A DNA stretch of 57,996 bases, taken from assembly GCA_002792165.1 (NCBI GenBank), contig PFNV01000040.1:1-57996 (forward strand), given 5' to 3'. The stretch comes from Candidatus Tagabacteria bacterium CG_4_10_14_0_2_um_filter_40_13 (GTDB lineage Bacteria > Patescibacteriota > Minisyncoccia > GCA-002779875). This document shows, in pieces, positions 1-8,809 of the stretch. The number at the start of each line of letters is the position of its first letter. Position 1 is the first letter of the stretch. The translations under genes and the position numbers were made by a program. The notes under the pieces were generated by a model. It had not been told where the DNA came from. It did no database searches and saw only the letters and a list, made by a program, of their open reading frames with translations.

Positions 1-308
1 CTTGCCCGAAGAAGTAAGCGAACTTATTTTAGTTGTCGGTTATTTGGGCCAGCAGATAATGGATTTTTGCGGAGAAGAATTTTTCCTCTAATCTTGCTTC
101 AACCGGCGTGTTTTTGCTCGATACCAAAATTTTTGATTATGAAGCGGATATGCATCCTAACGGCGAATATTATCTGACCAGCGCTCTTTCAAAAATGTTA
201 AAAGCCGGCCACAAAGTTTACGCCGTAAAATCCACTTTATGGCTTCCCATCGGTTATCCGGAAGACATTGGAAAAGCCGAAAAAAAATTGCTAGAATTCA
301 ATATATGA
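1..308 (+). pseudogene. Sugar-phosphate nucleotidyltransferase-like gene, 5'-truncated by the window, with apparent internal deletion/frameshift
   Basis: Frame 2 reads LPEEVSELILVVGYLGQQIMDFCGEEFFL* (stop 89-91). Frame 3 continues SNLASTGVFLLD...GEYYLTSAL...WLPIGYPED. Both resemble NTP-transferase segments normally separated by roughly 90-100 aa. Confidence 0.6.
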
Positions 309-862
309 ATACAGCGATTTTTCAGTATTTGCATGGTTTTGCCGATCAAAGTGTTTGTTTTGATTCAATCATCATTTTTTGCGCTCAATATCTTTCCTAT
401 ATAATGATAGCGGTTTTAGGTTTGTTTTTGATTTTTGGCAAAGACAGAAAGCGGGAATTGAAAATGATTTTTTATGCTATCGCCGGTGTTATTTTGAGCC
501 GTTTAGTCATCGTTGAAATTATCCGCTATTTTTATCCGGTAACTCGGCCTTTTGTTGTTTATCAATTTACGCCTCTGATTTACGATTACGCCAGTTCTTT
601 TCCTTCGGGCCACGCGGCGTTTTTCTTCGCTCTTGCGACAATAGTATTTTTATTCCATAAAAAATGGGGCATTGCCTATTTTTTGGGAGCTATTATAATA
701 TCCATAAGCCGAATTATGGCCGGAGTTCACTGGCCGATGGATATTTTGGGAGGAATTTTAGTAAGCATTGGAGCAGCTATTGTGATTTTTAAATTTTGCG
801 AAAGAAAACAATTTTTTCAAATTCTAGGTGTGGGCGCGCAAAATTTGCGAAGCAAATTTTAG
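305..862 (+). CDS. PAP2-family phosphatase (undecaprenyl-diphosphatase-like)
   Basis: RP, SFPSGH and SRIMAGVHWPMD motifs; TM segments. ATG 305 overlaps the upstream TGA. Confidence 0.9.
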   Translation: MNTAIFQYLHGFADQSVCFDSIIIFCAQYLSYIMIAVLGLFLIFGKDRKRELKMIFYAIAGVILSRLVIVEIIRYFYPVTRPFVVYQFTPLIYDYASSFPSGHAAFFFALATIVFLFHKKWGIAYFLGAIIISISRIMAGVHWPMDILGGILVSIGAAIVIFKFCERKQFFQILGVGAQNLRSKF

Positions 863-901
863 GGATAAGGAATTTGAAAAATTTTGTTTTCTGAAGCACC
901 T

Positions 902-2230
902 ATGGTCAAAACTCGCCTATTAGCAATTTTTATTCTTTTAATGGGAGCCTTAATCGGCTATTTTATCGTTGCTCCGCATGTGAATCCCGGCAGTATTTTT
1001 GACCGTCTTCCTTTTCGGCTCGGCCTTGATCTTAAAGGCGGCGCGCATCTTACTTACAAAGCAGATACCGCGTCTTTAGGCAGCGGAGAAATCGGAGAAG
1101 CGATGGCGGGTTTGCGCGATGTTATAGAGCGCAGAGTAAATATGTACGGCGTTACAGAATCGGTTGTTCAGGTTGAACAAAGCGGCAGCGCGTTCAATCC
1201 TTTAGAAAGGGAACAACGGTTGATTGTTGAATTGCCGGGCGTCGTTAATTTGGATGCGGCGATTAAAATGATCGGCGCTACGCCTTATTTGGAATTTAAA
1301 ACCGAGCGCATGGAAACAGACAGAGATATAATTTTGGAAGCCCAGAAAAAAAATGAGCGGATGAACGAAGATCCTTATTTTATTCCCACATTGCTCACCG
1401 GCCGTTATCTTCAAAAAGCAACTTTGGATTTTAACCAAACAACATACGAGCCGAGCATTCTTCTCAGCTTCAATAAAGAAGGCGAAGAACTTTTTGCTCA
1501 AATTACAAAAGAAAATGTCGGTCATCGCGTGGCTATTTATCTTGACGGCGCGCCAATTTCCGTTCCGGTCGTAAGAGAAGAAATAACAAGCGGACAGGCG
1601 CAAATTACAGGTGATTTCAAAGCGCAAGAAGCCAAAGAATTAGTGAGAAATCTTAATTCCGGCGCGTTACCAATCCCTATTACTCTTATTTCCCAGCAGA
1701 GTATCGGCGCGTCGCTTGGCGAAGCGGCCCTTCAAAAAGACCTTTGGGCGGGACTTATCGGTATTTTGGCGGTGGCTTTATTTTTGATTTTTTGGTATCG
1801 TGTGCCGGGTTTTATTGCGGTTGTCGCGCTTTGCATTTATGTGGTTTTATCACTTTTCATTTTTAAATTGATTCCGGTCACTTTGACCGCAGCAGGCATC
1901 GCCGGCTTTATTTTATCGGTTGGTATGGCTGTTGACGCCAATATTCTTATTTTCGAAAGAATGAAAGAAGAAGTGCGTTTGGGAAAAACTCTGCAAACTT
2001 CAATAGAAGAAGGGTTTCACCGCGCATGGCCATCTATCCGCGATTCCAATATTTCCAGCCTTATTACATGTTTTATTCTTTATTGGATGGGAACATCCAT
2101 GGTCAGAGGTTTTGCTTTGACTTTAGGTATAGGTATTTTAATCAGTATGTTTTCAGCTGTCGTTATCAGCCGGACATTTCTTTTAGCATTAGGTCTTAAA
2201 GAATCAAAATGGTACGTAATCGCAAAATAA
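902..2230 (+). CDS. secD: Protein translocase subunit SecD
   Basis: LGLDLKGG, ERRVN, LNSGALP, GMAVDANILIFER motifs. Confidence 0.97.
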   Translation: MVKTRLLAIFILLMGALIGYFIVAPHVNPGSIFDRLPFRLGLDLKGGAHLTYKADTASLGSGEIGEAMAGLRDVIERRVNMYGVTESVVQVEQSGSAFNPLEREQRLIVELPGVVNLDAAIKMIGATPYLEFKTERMETDRDIILEAQKKNERMNEDPYFIPTLLTGRYLQKATLDFNQTTYEPSILLSFNKEGEELFAQITKENVGHRVAIYLDGAPISVPVVREEITSGQAQITGDFKAQEAKELVRNLNSGALPIPITLISQQSIGASLGEAALQKDLWAGLIGILAVALFLIFWYRVPGFIAVVALCIYVVLSLFIFKLIPVTLTAAGIAGFILSVGMAVDANILIFERMKEEVRLGKTLQTSIEEGFHRAWPSIRDSNISSLITCFILYWMGTSMVRGFALTLGIGILISMFSAVVISRTFLLALGLKESKWYVIAK

Positions 2231-3114
2231 CATATATTTTTTCGATAGCGCTGGTAGTCGTAAGTCTTTCTGCTCTTTTCGCATGGAAACTGAAATTAGG
2301 CATCGATTTTACCGGAGGTTCTTTGCTTGAAGCTGAATATGCCGACGGTCGTCCTGAAATTTCAAAGATACAGCAATCCGTTGACGGATTGGGTTTCGGC
2401 AATATTGTTTTACAGCCTTCCGGAGAAAAAGATTTAATTGTCCGTCTTAAAGATTTGTCGGCAGAAGAGCATAAAGCGCTACTTGATGCTTTAAAAATTG
2501 AAGGAAAAACTCCGATGGAGAAGCGTTTTGATTCCATTGGCCCGGTTATCGGAAAGGAATTAAAGCGTAAATCTTTGATAGCGATTGGGATTGTTGTTCT
2601 TATGATTATTCTTTATATTGCTTGGGCTTTTCGGAAAGTTTCCCGGCCGGTTTCTTCGTGGAAATACGGCGTTGTCGCGGTTATCGCGCTTATACATGAC
2701 ATTACAATTCCCACCGGCGTATTTGCTTTTCTGGGCCATTTTAAAGGCGTTGAAGTAGACATACTTTTTATTACAGCGCTTCTTACAACTTTAGGATTTT
2801 CCGTTCATGATACGATCGTTGTTTTTGACAGAATCAGGGAAAATTTGAGAAGAGATGCCGGTAAAAGTTTTCCGGAAGTTGTCGAACATAGCATCAGACA
2901 GACATTAGCGCGCTCAATCTTTACTTCAATGACGGTGATTCTGGTTCTTATCGCGCTTTTATTGTTTGGCGGCCCCTCCACTAAATATTTTTCCCTTGCC
3001 TTGCTTTTGGGCGTTACTTTCGGAACTTATTCCTCGATTTGTTTAGCCAGTCCGCTTTTGGTAACTTGGCAAAAATGGAACGAAAAGACAAAACAGGAAA
3101 AACTAAAAAGATAA
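2209..3114 (+). CDS. secF: Protein translocase subunit SecF
   Basis: LGIDFTGG, GFSVHDTIVVFDRIREN, GTYSS motifs; follows secD. Confidence 0.97.
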   Translation: MVRNRKITYIFSIALVVVSLSALFAWKLKLGIDFTGGSLLEAEYADGRPEISKIQQSVDGLGFGNIVLQPSGEKDLIVRLKDLSAEEHKALLDALKIEGKTPMEKRFDSIGPVIGKELKRKSLIAIGIVVLMIILYIAWAFRKVSRPVSSWKYGVVAVIALIHDITIPTGVFAFLGHFKGVEVDILFITALLTTLGFSVHDTIVVFDRIRENLRRDAGKSFPEVVEHSIRQTLARSIFTSMTVILVLIALLLFGGPSTKYFSLALLLGVTFGTYSSICLASPLLVTWQKWNEKTKQEKLKR

Positions 3115-3653
3115 TCATAAAACGAATTGTCGTCGGTCCTATTGAAACAAATTGCTATTTGGTCGCCGACAATAGAACGAGAGAAACAGTTATTATTGAC
3201 CCGGGCGGCGAGCCCGAAAAAATTTTCAGCGCGATAAAAGAAAATGGATTAAAACCGCGATTCATTCTTTTAACCCACGAGCACCCCGACCACACGGGTG
3301 CCTTGGAAGCCGTTTCGGAATTTTTAAATATCAAGCTTCGCAAAGTAAAAGATGGCGAAGAAATAAAAATAGGGGATTCGAATATAAAAATTATTGCAAC
3401 CCCTGGTCACAGCGCAGAAAGCGTTTGTTTTATTGTCAGCGACCCCGCCGATGGCGGGGCAGGTAATATTTTTAGCGGCGATACGTTATTTTATCGAGGC
3501 ATCGGCAGGACGGATTTGGAAGGCGGTGATTTTATTCAGATCCAGAAATCCTTGAAATACTTAATGAAATTTCCCGATAATTTCAAAGCTTGGCCCGGTC
3601 ACGGCCCGAAGACGACAATAGGGGAAGAGCGAGAATTAAACCCGTTTTTATAA
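3075..3653 (+). CDS. MBL-fold metallo-hydrolase (glyoxalase II-like); start uncertain
   Basis: THEHPDH, TPGH, SGDTLF, GRTDL, PGHG motifs. Confidence 0.9.
   Translation: MERKDKTGKTKKIIIKRIVVGPIETNCYLVADNRTRETVIIDPGGEPEKIFSAIKENGLKPRFILLTHEHPDHTGALEAVSEFLNIKLRKVKDGEEIKIGDSNIKIIATPGHSAESVCFIVSDPADGGAGNIFSGDTLFYRGIGRTDLEGGDFIQIQKSLKYLMKFPDNFKAWPGHGPKTTIGEERELNPFL
3443..3464. repeat. GC-rich palindrome in-frame within the MBL hydrolase gene
   Basis: CCCCGCC-GAT-GGCGGGG followed by CAGGT; encodes DPADGGAG. Confidence 0.65.
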
Positions 3654-3722
3654 TGTGCGTTGACGATGATGTTATTTTAATGTTAGTCTTATAAAAACGT
3701 TCTTTTATAAAGGAGGCATCGG

Positions 3723-4343
3723 ATGCTGATTATCTTTGATCTTGATGGGGTTTTACTTGGAGCGTCGTGGAGGGGGTTGTTCGAGGCGTATAAAGAGATG
3801 ATTTCCGTCGCTGGCAAGGATTACAGAAAATATTTCACCACTTTTAGGGAATTTAAAGAATGGTGGAGCCCCGATTGGCAGGAAAACATCGGGAAAATTG
3901 GCATTAGGGAAAAAGATTTAGGCGAAGCACACGAAAATTTTTACAGAATCTATAATTCTTATGCTTATTTGTTTGCGTGGTCTAGTAAAGTTGTTTGCGA
4001 ATTAGCTAAAAGTCATCAATTGTCTATTTTCACCAATAGACATAGTTCGAGCGCCAGAACACTTATAAAGCCGATTTCAAGGCACTTTGCTTGTATTATC
4101 GGTGGCGAAGACGTGCGGAGATTAAAACCGGACCCCGAAGGCATATATAGAATTTTGTCTATTTTGGAAAAAGAAGAAGAAAATACTTTGATGATTGGCG
4201 ATATGCCGGAGGATATTATAGCGGGAAAACTTGCCGGCATAAAAACCGGCGCGGTAAAGTGGGGATTGGGAGATTGGAAAAATCTTTTGGCCGAAAATCC
4301 TGACTATACATTTGAAAAATATAAAGATTTATTGCGGATTTAA
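3723..4343 (+). CDS. HAD-family hydrolase (phosphoglycolate phosphatase-like)
   Basis: FDLDGVL, KPDP and MIGD motifs; SD AAGGAGG upstream. Confidence 0.9.
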   Translation: MLIIFDLDGVLLGASWRGLFEAYKEMISVAGKDYRKYFTTFREFKEWWSPDWQENIGKIGIREKDLGEAHENFYRIYNSYAYLFAWSSKVVCELAKSHQLSIFTNRHSSSARTLIKPISRHFACIIGGEDVRRLKPDPEGIYRILSILEKEEENTLMIGDMPEDIIAGKLAGIKTGAVKWGLGDWKNLLAENPDYTFEKYKDLLRI

Positions 4344-4370
4344 AAAAGGAGCGACATAGTCGCTCCTTTT
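4344..4370. terminator. Intrinsic terminator after the HAD gene
   Basis: AAAAGGAGCGAC-ATA-GTCGCTCCTTTT perfect hairpin. Confidence 0.85.
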
Positions 4371-4535
4371 AAATTTTATCTAAATCCAGTAAATTTTTAA
4401 CAAAATACAGCTAATTTATTATGTCAAGTACGGATTTGAAGGCTTGGAGCAGGGAGTTTTTTAAAAATTTTATCACAGTATAATTTAAGGAAGACAAAAT
4501 TATTGTATCCCATGTTATAATTAACATAAAAGGCT

Positions 4536-4787
4536 ATGGAATGGTTTAAGCAACAAATGGAACTATGGCCTCGAATAATTACTCCGGAAGAATTAAATGA
4601 AGAACTGGAAAAGGCAGCAAGGCGGGGAAGAAGAAAGGGCGAGGACCTGGTCTCTAAAGAAGAGACCACTAAAGCCTTGGAAGGAAAAGAAGCGACACCG
4701 ATTAAAATTTGCTCCCGAAAGAAAAATCTTGAAGAAGTTAAAAAGATTATCAGAATACTTTCAGAATCTGAAGCGAAGAAAATATAA
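4536..4787 (+). CDS. Hypothetical protein (83 aa)
   Basis: Fills the gap before DUF763; TATAAT upstream; no recognised motif. Confidence 0.55.
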   Translation: MEWFKQQMELWPRIITPEELNEELEKAARRGRRKGEDLVSKEETTKALEGKEATPIKICSRKKNLEEVKKIIRILSESEAKKI

Positions 4788-4802
4788 ATTAAAAAAATAA
4801 TA

Positions 4803-5963
4803 ATGCAACGGGGAATCGCAACTTTTACGCTTGATTACGGAAAGTGTCCGGCTTGGTTGTTTGAACGGATGAAAAGGTTAGGAAAGGAAATGGCGCAAGT
4901 GATTGTAATGGAATATGGTCCCGAGGAATTCATTAAACGCCTTGCGGATCCGGTCTGGTTTCAATCTTTAGGAACGGTACTTGCTTTCGATTGGAACGCT
5001 TCCGGGCTTACGACAATTCTTACCGCCGCTTTGAAGGAAGCATTGAGGGGTGAGGAAAAGGAACTCGGAATTTTTATTTGCGGCGGAAAAGGGAAAACTT
5101 CCCGAAAAACTCCCGCACAAATCCAAAATTGGGGACAAAATTTGAATTTTTCGTCTCTTCAGGTTAAAAATTTGATTTATAACTCTAAAATGGCCGCCAA
5201 AGTGGACAGTTCTTTAGTCCAAGACGGCTTTCAGATTTATCATCATTCCTTCTTTTTTACAAAAAGCGGCGCATGGACAGTAGTACAACAAGGGATGAAT
5301 ATGGCCAGTCAAACAGCCCGCAGATACCATTGGTTTTCTGAAAATATTAAGGATTTGGTTTGCGAGCCCCATTCTGGCATTAGCTCGGAATTAAGGGTGC
5401 CAACATTGAATTTAGTGGCTCAACAAAGCCAAAATACGCGTCAAATGAGTACGGAATTGGTTCAATCCGGCTATGCTACTTTAATGAAAGATATTGAGCT
5501 TTTACGCCATAATTCTTCGGAATTGCATAAAATGGCTCAATTGCGGCTAAAAGATGATAATTTAACCCTTTTACAACTTGAAAATAAAGAATTTACCTGG
5601 TATCCGGTCGCTATTGAAGATTTTTCGAAAAGCCGTTATTTAAAAAAGATTTTAGCCAAAATTTGCGACCAAAAGCCTGAAAATTATGAATGTTTATTAA
5701 GCCAAGACGGCGTTGGGCCGAAAACTATCAGGGCGCTTGCACTGGTATCTGAAGTTATTTACGGCGCCGAACCTTCATACGAAGATCCGGCAAGATACAG
5801 TTTTGCGCATGGCGGAAAAGACGCCACGCCTTATCCCGTGGATAGGATTACATACGACCAGACTATTGAAACAATGAAGAAAGTTGTGGCAAAAACAAAA
5901 ATCGGCATTTTTGAAAAGCAGAAAATACTCAAACGTCTTGAAAAAAGCTATAACGGAGTATAA
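4803..5963 (+). CDS. DUF763 domain protein
   Basis: P.WLF.RM..L, DP.WFQS.G, DW..SG.TT, GGKG, AKVD, QQGM, FAHGGKD..PYPV motifs. Confidence 0.85.
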   Translation: MQRGIATFTLDYGKCPAWLFERMKRLGKEMAQVIVMEYGPEEFIKRLADPVWFQSLGTVLAFDWNASGLTTILTAALKEALRGEEKELGIFICGGKGKTSRKTPAQIQNWGQNLNFSSLQVKNLIYNSKMAAKVDSSLVQDGFQIYHHSFFFTKSGAWTVVQQGMNMASQTARRYHWFSENIKDLVCEPHSGISSELRVPTLNLVAQQSQNTRQMSTELVQSGYATLMKDIELLRHNSSELHKMAQLRLKDDNLTLLQLENKEFTWYPVAIEDFSKSRYLKKILAKICDQKPENYECLLSQDGVGPKTIRALALVSEVIYGAEPSYEDPARYSFAHGGKDATPYPVDRITYDQTIETMKKVVAKTKIGIFEKQKILKRLEKSYNGV

Positions 5964-5972
5964 TTAAAAAAT

Positions 5973-6425
5973 ATGATGTTAAGATGCCCACTTTTTCGAA
6001 ATAATGGTAATTTTCCAAGCCGGTTTACATGCGATGGAGCGAATGTAAATCCGCCTTTGATAATTGAAGATGTTTCAAGAGATGCTAAAAGTTTGGTTTT
6101 GATTGTTGAAGACCCTGATGCCACGGGAGGTTTAGTTTTTACCCATTGGATTATTTGGAATATTCCGCCCGATATAATAGAAATTCCGGAGGGACAATTG
6201 CCTCGCGAAGCCAAAGAGGGAAGAAATGATTTCGGCGAAGAGAAATACGGCGGGCCTTGTCCTCCTAGAAATGCCCGGCCGCACCGTTACGTGTTTAAAC
6301 TCTATGCCCTGAATATTGCCTTGGACCTGCATAGCAGCTCAGAAAAACACAAAGTAGAACAGGCAATGGAGGGCCATATTCTTGAATATACAACATTAAC
6401 GGCTATGTATGGCCGAGTTACATAA
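5973..6425 (+). CDS. YbhB/YbcL (PEBP / Raf kinase inhibitor-like) protein
   Basis: DPDA, HW, YGGPCPP, HRYVFKLYAL motifs. Confidence 0.92.
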   Translation: MMLRCPLFRNNGNFPSRFTCDGANVNPPLIIEDVSRDAKSLVLIVEDPDATGGLVFTHWIIWNIPPDIIEIPEGQLPREAKEGRNDFGEEKYGGPCPPRNARPHRYVFKLYALNIALDLHSSSEKHKVEQAMEGHILEYTTLTAMYGRVT

Positions 6426-6429
6426 CGTT

Positions 6430-7326
6430 CTATAGATATTTTTCAAAATTTTTATTTGGATTTCCGCGCAGGTAATCTTCAAAACTCATTTCATTTTTTC
6501 CTTCCGGTTTAACGCGTTTTATTTTTAACGCGTTATTTTTTATTTCGGCTTGTGTAATAATTAATCTCTTCCCTTCAATAAAAGCGTATGCGCCAGGCCA
6601 AGGAGTAAAAGCGCGTATTTCTCTTTCTATTGTTTCCGCCGGCTCCCTCCAGTCAATCAGCCCATCTTCTTTTGTGATTTTTTTGCAATAAGTCGCTTTT
6701 GAGTGGTCTTGTTCCTGCGGTTTGATTTTTTCTTTAATCCATTTGGGAATAATCTCAATTAATAATTTTGCTCCCAATTCAGATAATTTTTCTTTTAGCT
6801 CTTTATAATAGAGATTTGAGATTTGAGATTTGCCTGCCCCGTGGGCTTGTCCTTCGGGGAGATTTGAGATTTTTAATATTGGTCCCTCGTCCATTTTTTC
6901 ATTGAGCAACATAATACTTATGCCTGTTTTTTTGTCACCGGCTAAAATTGTCGATTGAATAGGCGAAGCGCCGCGCCAACGGGGAAGAAGAGAGGGATGA
7001 ATATTTAGAAATCCATATTTTGGAATATCCAGTATTTCTTTGGTAAAAATCATTCCAAAAGCCGCGATAACAGCCAAATCCGGACGCAATTTCTCTATTA
7101 TTTCCAAAAGTTCATCCTTATTTTCCGGCTGATATACGGGCAAACGATATTTTTCCGCTAAAATTTTAACCGGCGATGGTGTTAAAATCTGTTTTCTGCC
7201 AACTGGCTTATCAGAGCTGGTAATTACGCCCACTATCTGATAGCCGTTATTTATCAACGCCTCCAGCGGCTTTATCGCAAACTCCGGCGTCCCCAAAAAC
7301 ACGATTTTTAAGATTTTTTTGTCCAT
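6430..7326 (-). CDS. fmt: Methionyl-tRNA formyltransferase
   Basis: FLGTPEFA, NIHPSLLPRWRGASP, MDEGP, PWPG motifs. Confidence 0.96.
   Translation of the reverse strand: MDKKILKIVFLGTPEFAIKPLEALINNGYQIVGVITSSDKPVGRKQILTPSPVKILAEKYRLPVYQPENKDELLEIIEKLRPDLAVIAAFGMIFTKEILDIPKYGFLNIHPSLLPRWRGASPIQSTILAGDKKTGISIMLLNEKMDEGPILKISNLPEGQAHGAGKSQISNLYYKELKEKLSELGAKLLIEIIPKWIKEKIKPQEQDHSKATYCKKITKEDGLIDWREPAETIEREIRAFTPWPGAYAFIEGKRLIITQAEIKNNALKIKRVKPEGKNEMSFEDYLRGNPNKNFEKYL
6811..6872. repeat. (GAGATTT)3 + 27-bp GC-rich insert + (GAGATTT)2 inside fmt
   Basis: Heptamer run interrupted by GCCTGCCCCGTGGGCTTGTCCTTCGGG (6832-6858); encodes KISNLPEGQAHGAGKSQISNL. Confidence 0.75.
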
Positions 7327-7444
7327 ATGAATTATGTTATCACGTGAATTATTTTTAATCTACGGCATCGCTCATAGGTTATAAGTTATAGATGTTAGAG
7401 TAGATGATAAATAAAATGCTTATTTTATTTTACCCTCAATTTAT

Positions 7445-7484
7445 AAAGTATATAAATTAACCGATCGGAGAAATTATATACTTT
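7445..7484. repeat. 40-bp imperfect palindrome, family P1, copy A
   Basis: AAAGTATATAAATTAACCGATCGGAGAAATTATATACTTT; 33/40 identical to 8262-8301 and 37/40 to the reverse complement of 32496-32535. Confidence 0.9.
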
Positions 7485-7576
7485 TGAACTTTTATTTTTT
7501 AAAATAAAAATATTAAAAATATAAAGAGTTTTGTCAACGCTTAAAATACGCTATAAATTCTTTTAAAAATTTTATC

Positions 7577-8233
7577 TTATAGGGAGGACTTTATTAAATC
7601 TTTAAAGTGATACAAAACCTTTCCATCTTCCATCTCATCAATTAAAAATAATTTTACAAATGGCTTAATGTTCAGTTGCTCTTTAAGAAATTCAATTTCC
7701 TCCGTGCAAGGAAACGGGTAAATCCAGGCGCTCTTTTGGCATTGATAAAAACCGAGGTTTTTAAGTTTTTGCCGCAAGGCGGCCCGCGCCTTTTGTCTTG
7801 TTTCGGGGATATCAAAAATTAGCAATCTCCATTTGCCATCCCATTTTTTAGGTTTTGCCAAAACCATTTCGTTTAAAATAAATTTTTTGATTTTCTCCTT
7901 TCCCTTCTCGGTTGTTTTATAAATCAGATAACCATCTTTTTCTTCCAAAAATTCAAGAGCACGCTGTTTTTTTAAAATATGAAAACTTTGCCATATTCTT
8001 CTGTAATTTTCGTACCGTTGTTTCTTGCGTCGTGCCATGATGTTGGTAAAAAAGGAAAACGCATTAGGTGCCATAATCCCGAAAGTTAAAACGCCGCCAA
8101 AAGCGATTAAGACCAGAGCGGCGCGAAGCGCAGTTTTTGCCTTTTCGTTTTCCCTCACGATTTTTATAAGTTCTTTTTGAAAAGATGATTCGAGAGTGGT
8201 CTCAAATTTAATCGGTTTGTGCTTTCTGGCCAT
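7577..8233 (-). CDS. CPR-type PaaX-like protein (putative wHTH plus Cas2-like central domain)
   Basis: KKWDGKWRLLIFDIPE...LRQKLKNLGFYQCQKSAWIYPFPC motif; hydrophobic N-terminal stretch. Confidence 0.8.
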   Translation of the reverse strand: MARKHKPIKFETTLESSFQKELIKIVRENEKAKTALRAALVLIAFGGVLTFGIMAPNAFSFFTNIMARRKKQRYENYRRIWQSFHILKKQRALEFLEEKDGYLIYKTTEKGKEKIKKFILNEMVLAKPKKWDGKWRLLIFDIPETRQKARAALRQKLKNLGFYQCQKSAWIYPFPCTEEIEFLKEQLNIKPFVKLFLIDEMEDGKVLYHFKDLIKSSL

Positions 8234-8261
8234 ATATCATTATACTATATTTTATTCTTGA

Positions 8262-8301
8262 ATAGTATAAAAATCAACTGATCGGAGAAAAAATACACTT
8301 T
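8262..8301. repeat. Palindrome family P1, copy B
   Basis: ATAGTATAAAAATCAACTGATCGGAGAAAAAATACACTTT, between the SET stop and the PaaX-like promoter. Confidence 0.85.
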
Positions 8302-8809
8302 ATTTTTCAAATTTTCTGGCGATGAAGTTTTGGACGATGCCCAATTTTAGATATTTTTCTCGCGCAGTTTTCGGCAGATATTTGAAATCTTTGATAATTT
8401 TGCGGCAGTTTTTCTGATGGCATCTGCATTTCATAGTCCAATCGTCTTCATCCATTGTCGTGGAATAATCATATCTTATTTCTTCATCTATATATATATT
8501 CTTAATGGCAATGAGTATTTTATCATTTTTGATTCCGGCATTGGGATTACAGGAATGATTTACTAATACTCCTGGTTTTTCTATATTAATGTATTTATTA
8601 TTTCCTATTTGTAGAAAATCGCCCCATCGGTATTTTTTTACTTTCTTATTTCTTTTTTCAGTAAATTCAGAATTTATTTTTCGCCCTTTGAATTTTAAAA
8701 TTACCTCGTTCTTTTTGATAGGTATTTTTGCAAAGACGCCTACTCCGACATCGGTACCGGCTATATAATATTTTTGTGTAATTTTACGCATATGCGGGAT
8801 TTTACACAT
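8300..8809 (-). CDS. SET-domain protein-lysine methyltransferase-like protein with post-SET cysteines
   Basis: GVGVFA, NHSCNPN, EEIRYDY, CRCHQKNCR motifs. Confidence 0.9.
   Translation of the reverse strand: MCKIPHMRKITQKYYIAGTDVGVGVFAKIPIKKNEVILKFKGRKINSEFTEKRNKKVKKYRWGDFLQIGNNKYINIEKPGVLVNHSCNPNAGIKNDKILIAIKNIYIDEEIRYDYSTTMDEDDWTMKCRCHQKNCRKIIKDFKYLPKTAREKYLKLGIVQNFIARKFEK
8775..8808. repeat. 34-bp palindrome, family P3, copy A
   Basis: TGTGTAATTTTACGCATATGCGGGATTTTACACA; 30/34 identical to 28081-28114. Confidence 0.85.

Noticed and set aside
7445..8808. Integron attC cassettes
   Set aside because: The palindromes are shorter than attC sites, lack RYYYAAC/GTTRRRY ends, and there is no integrase in the window.
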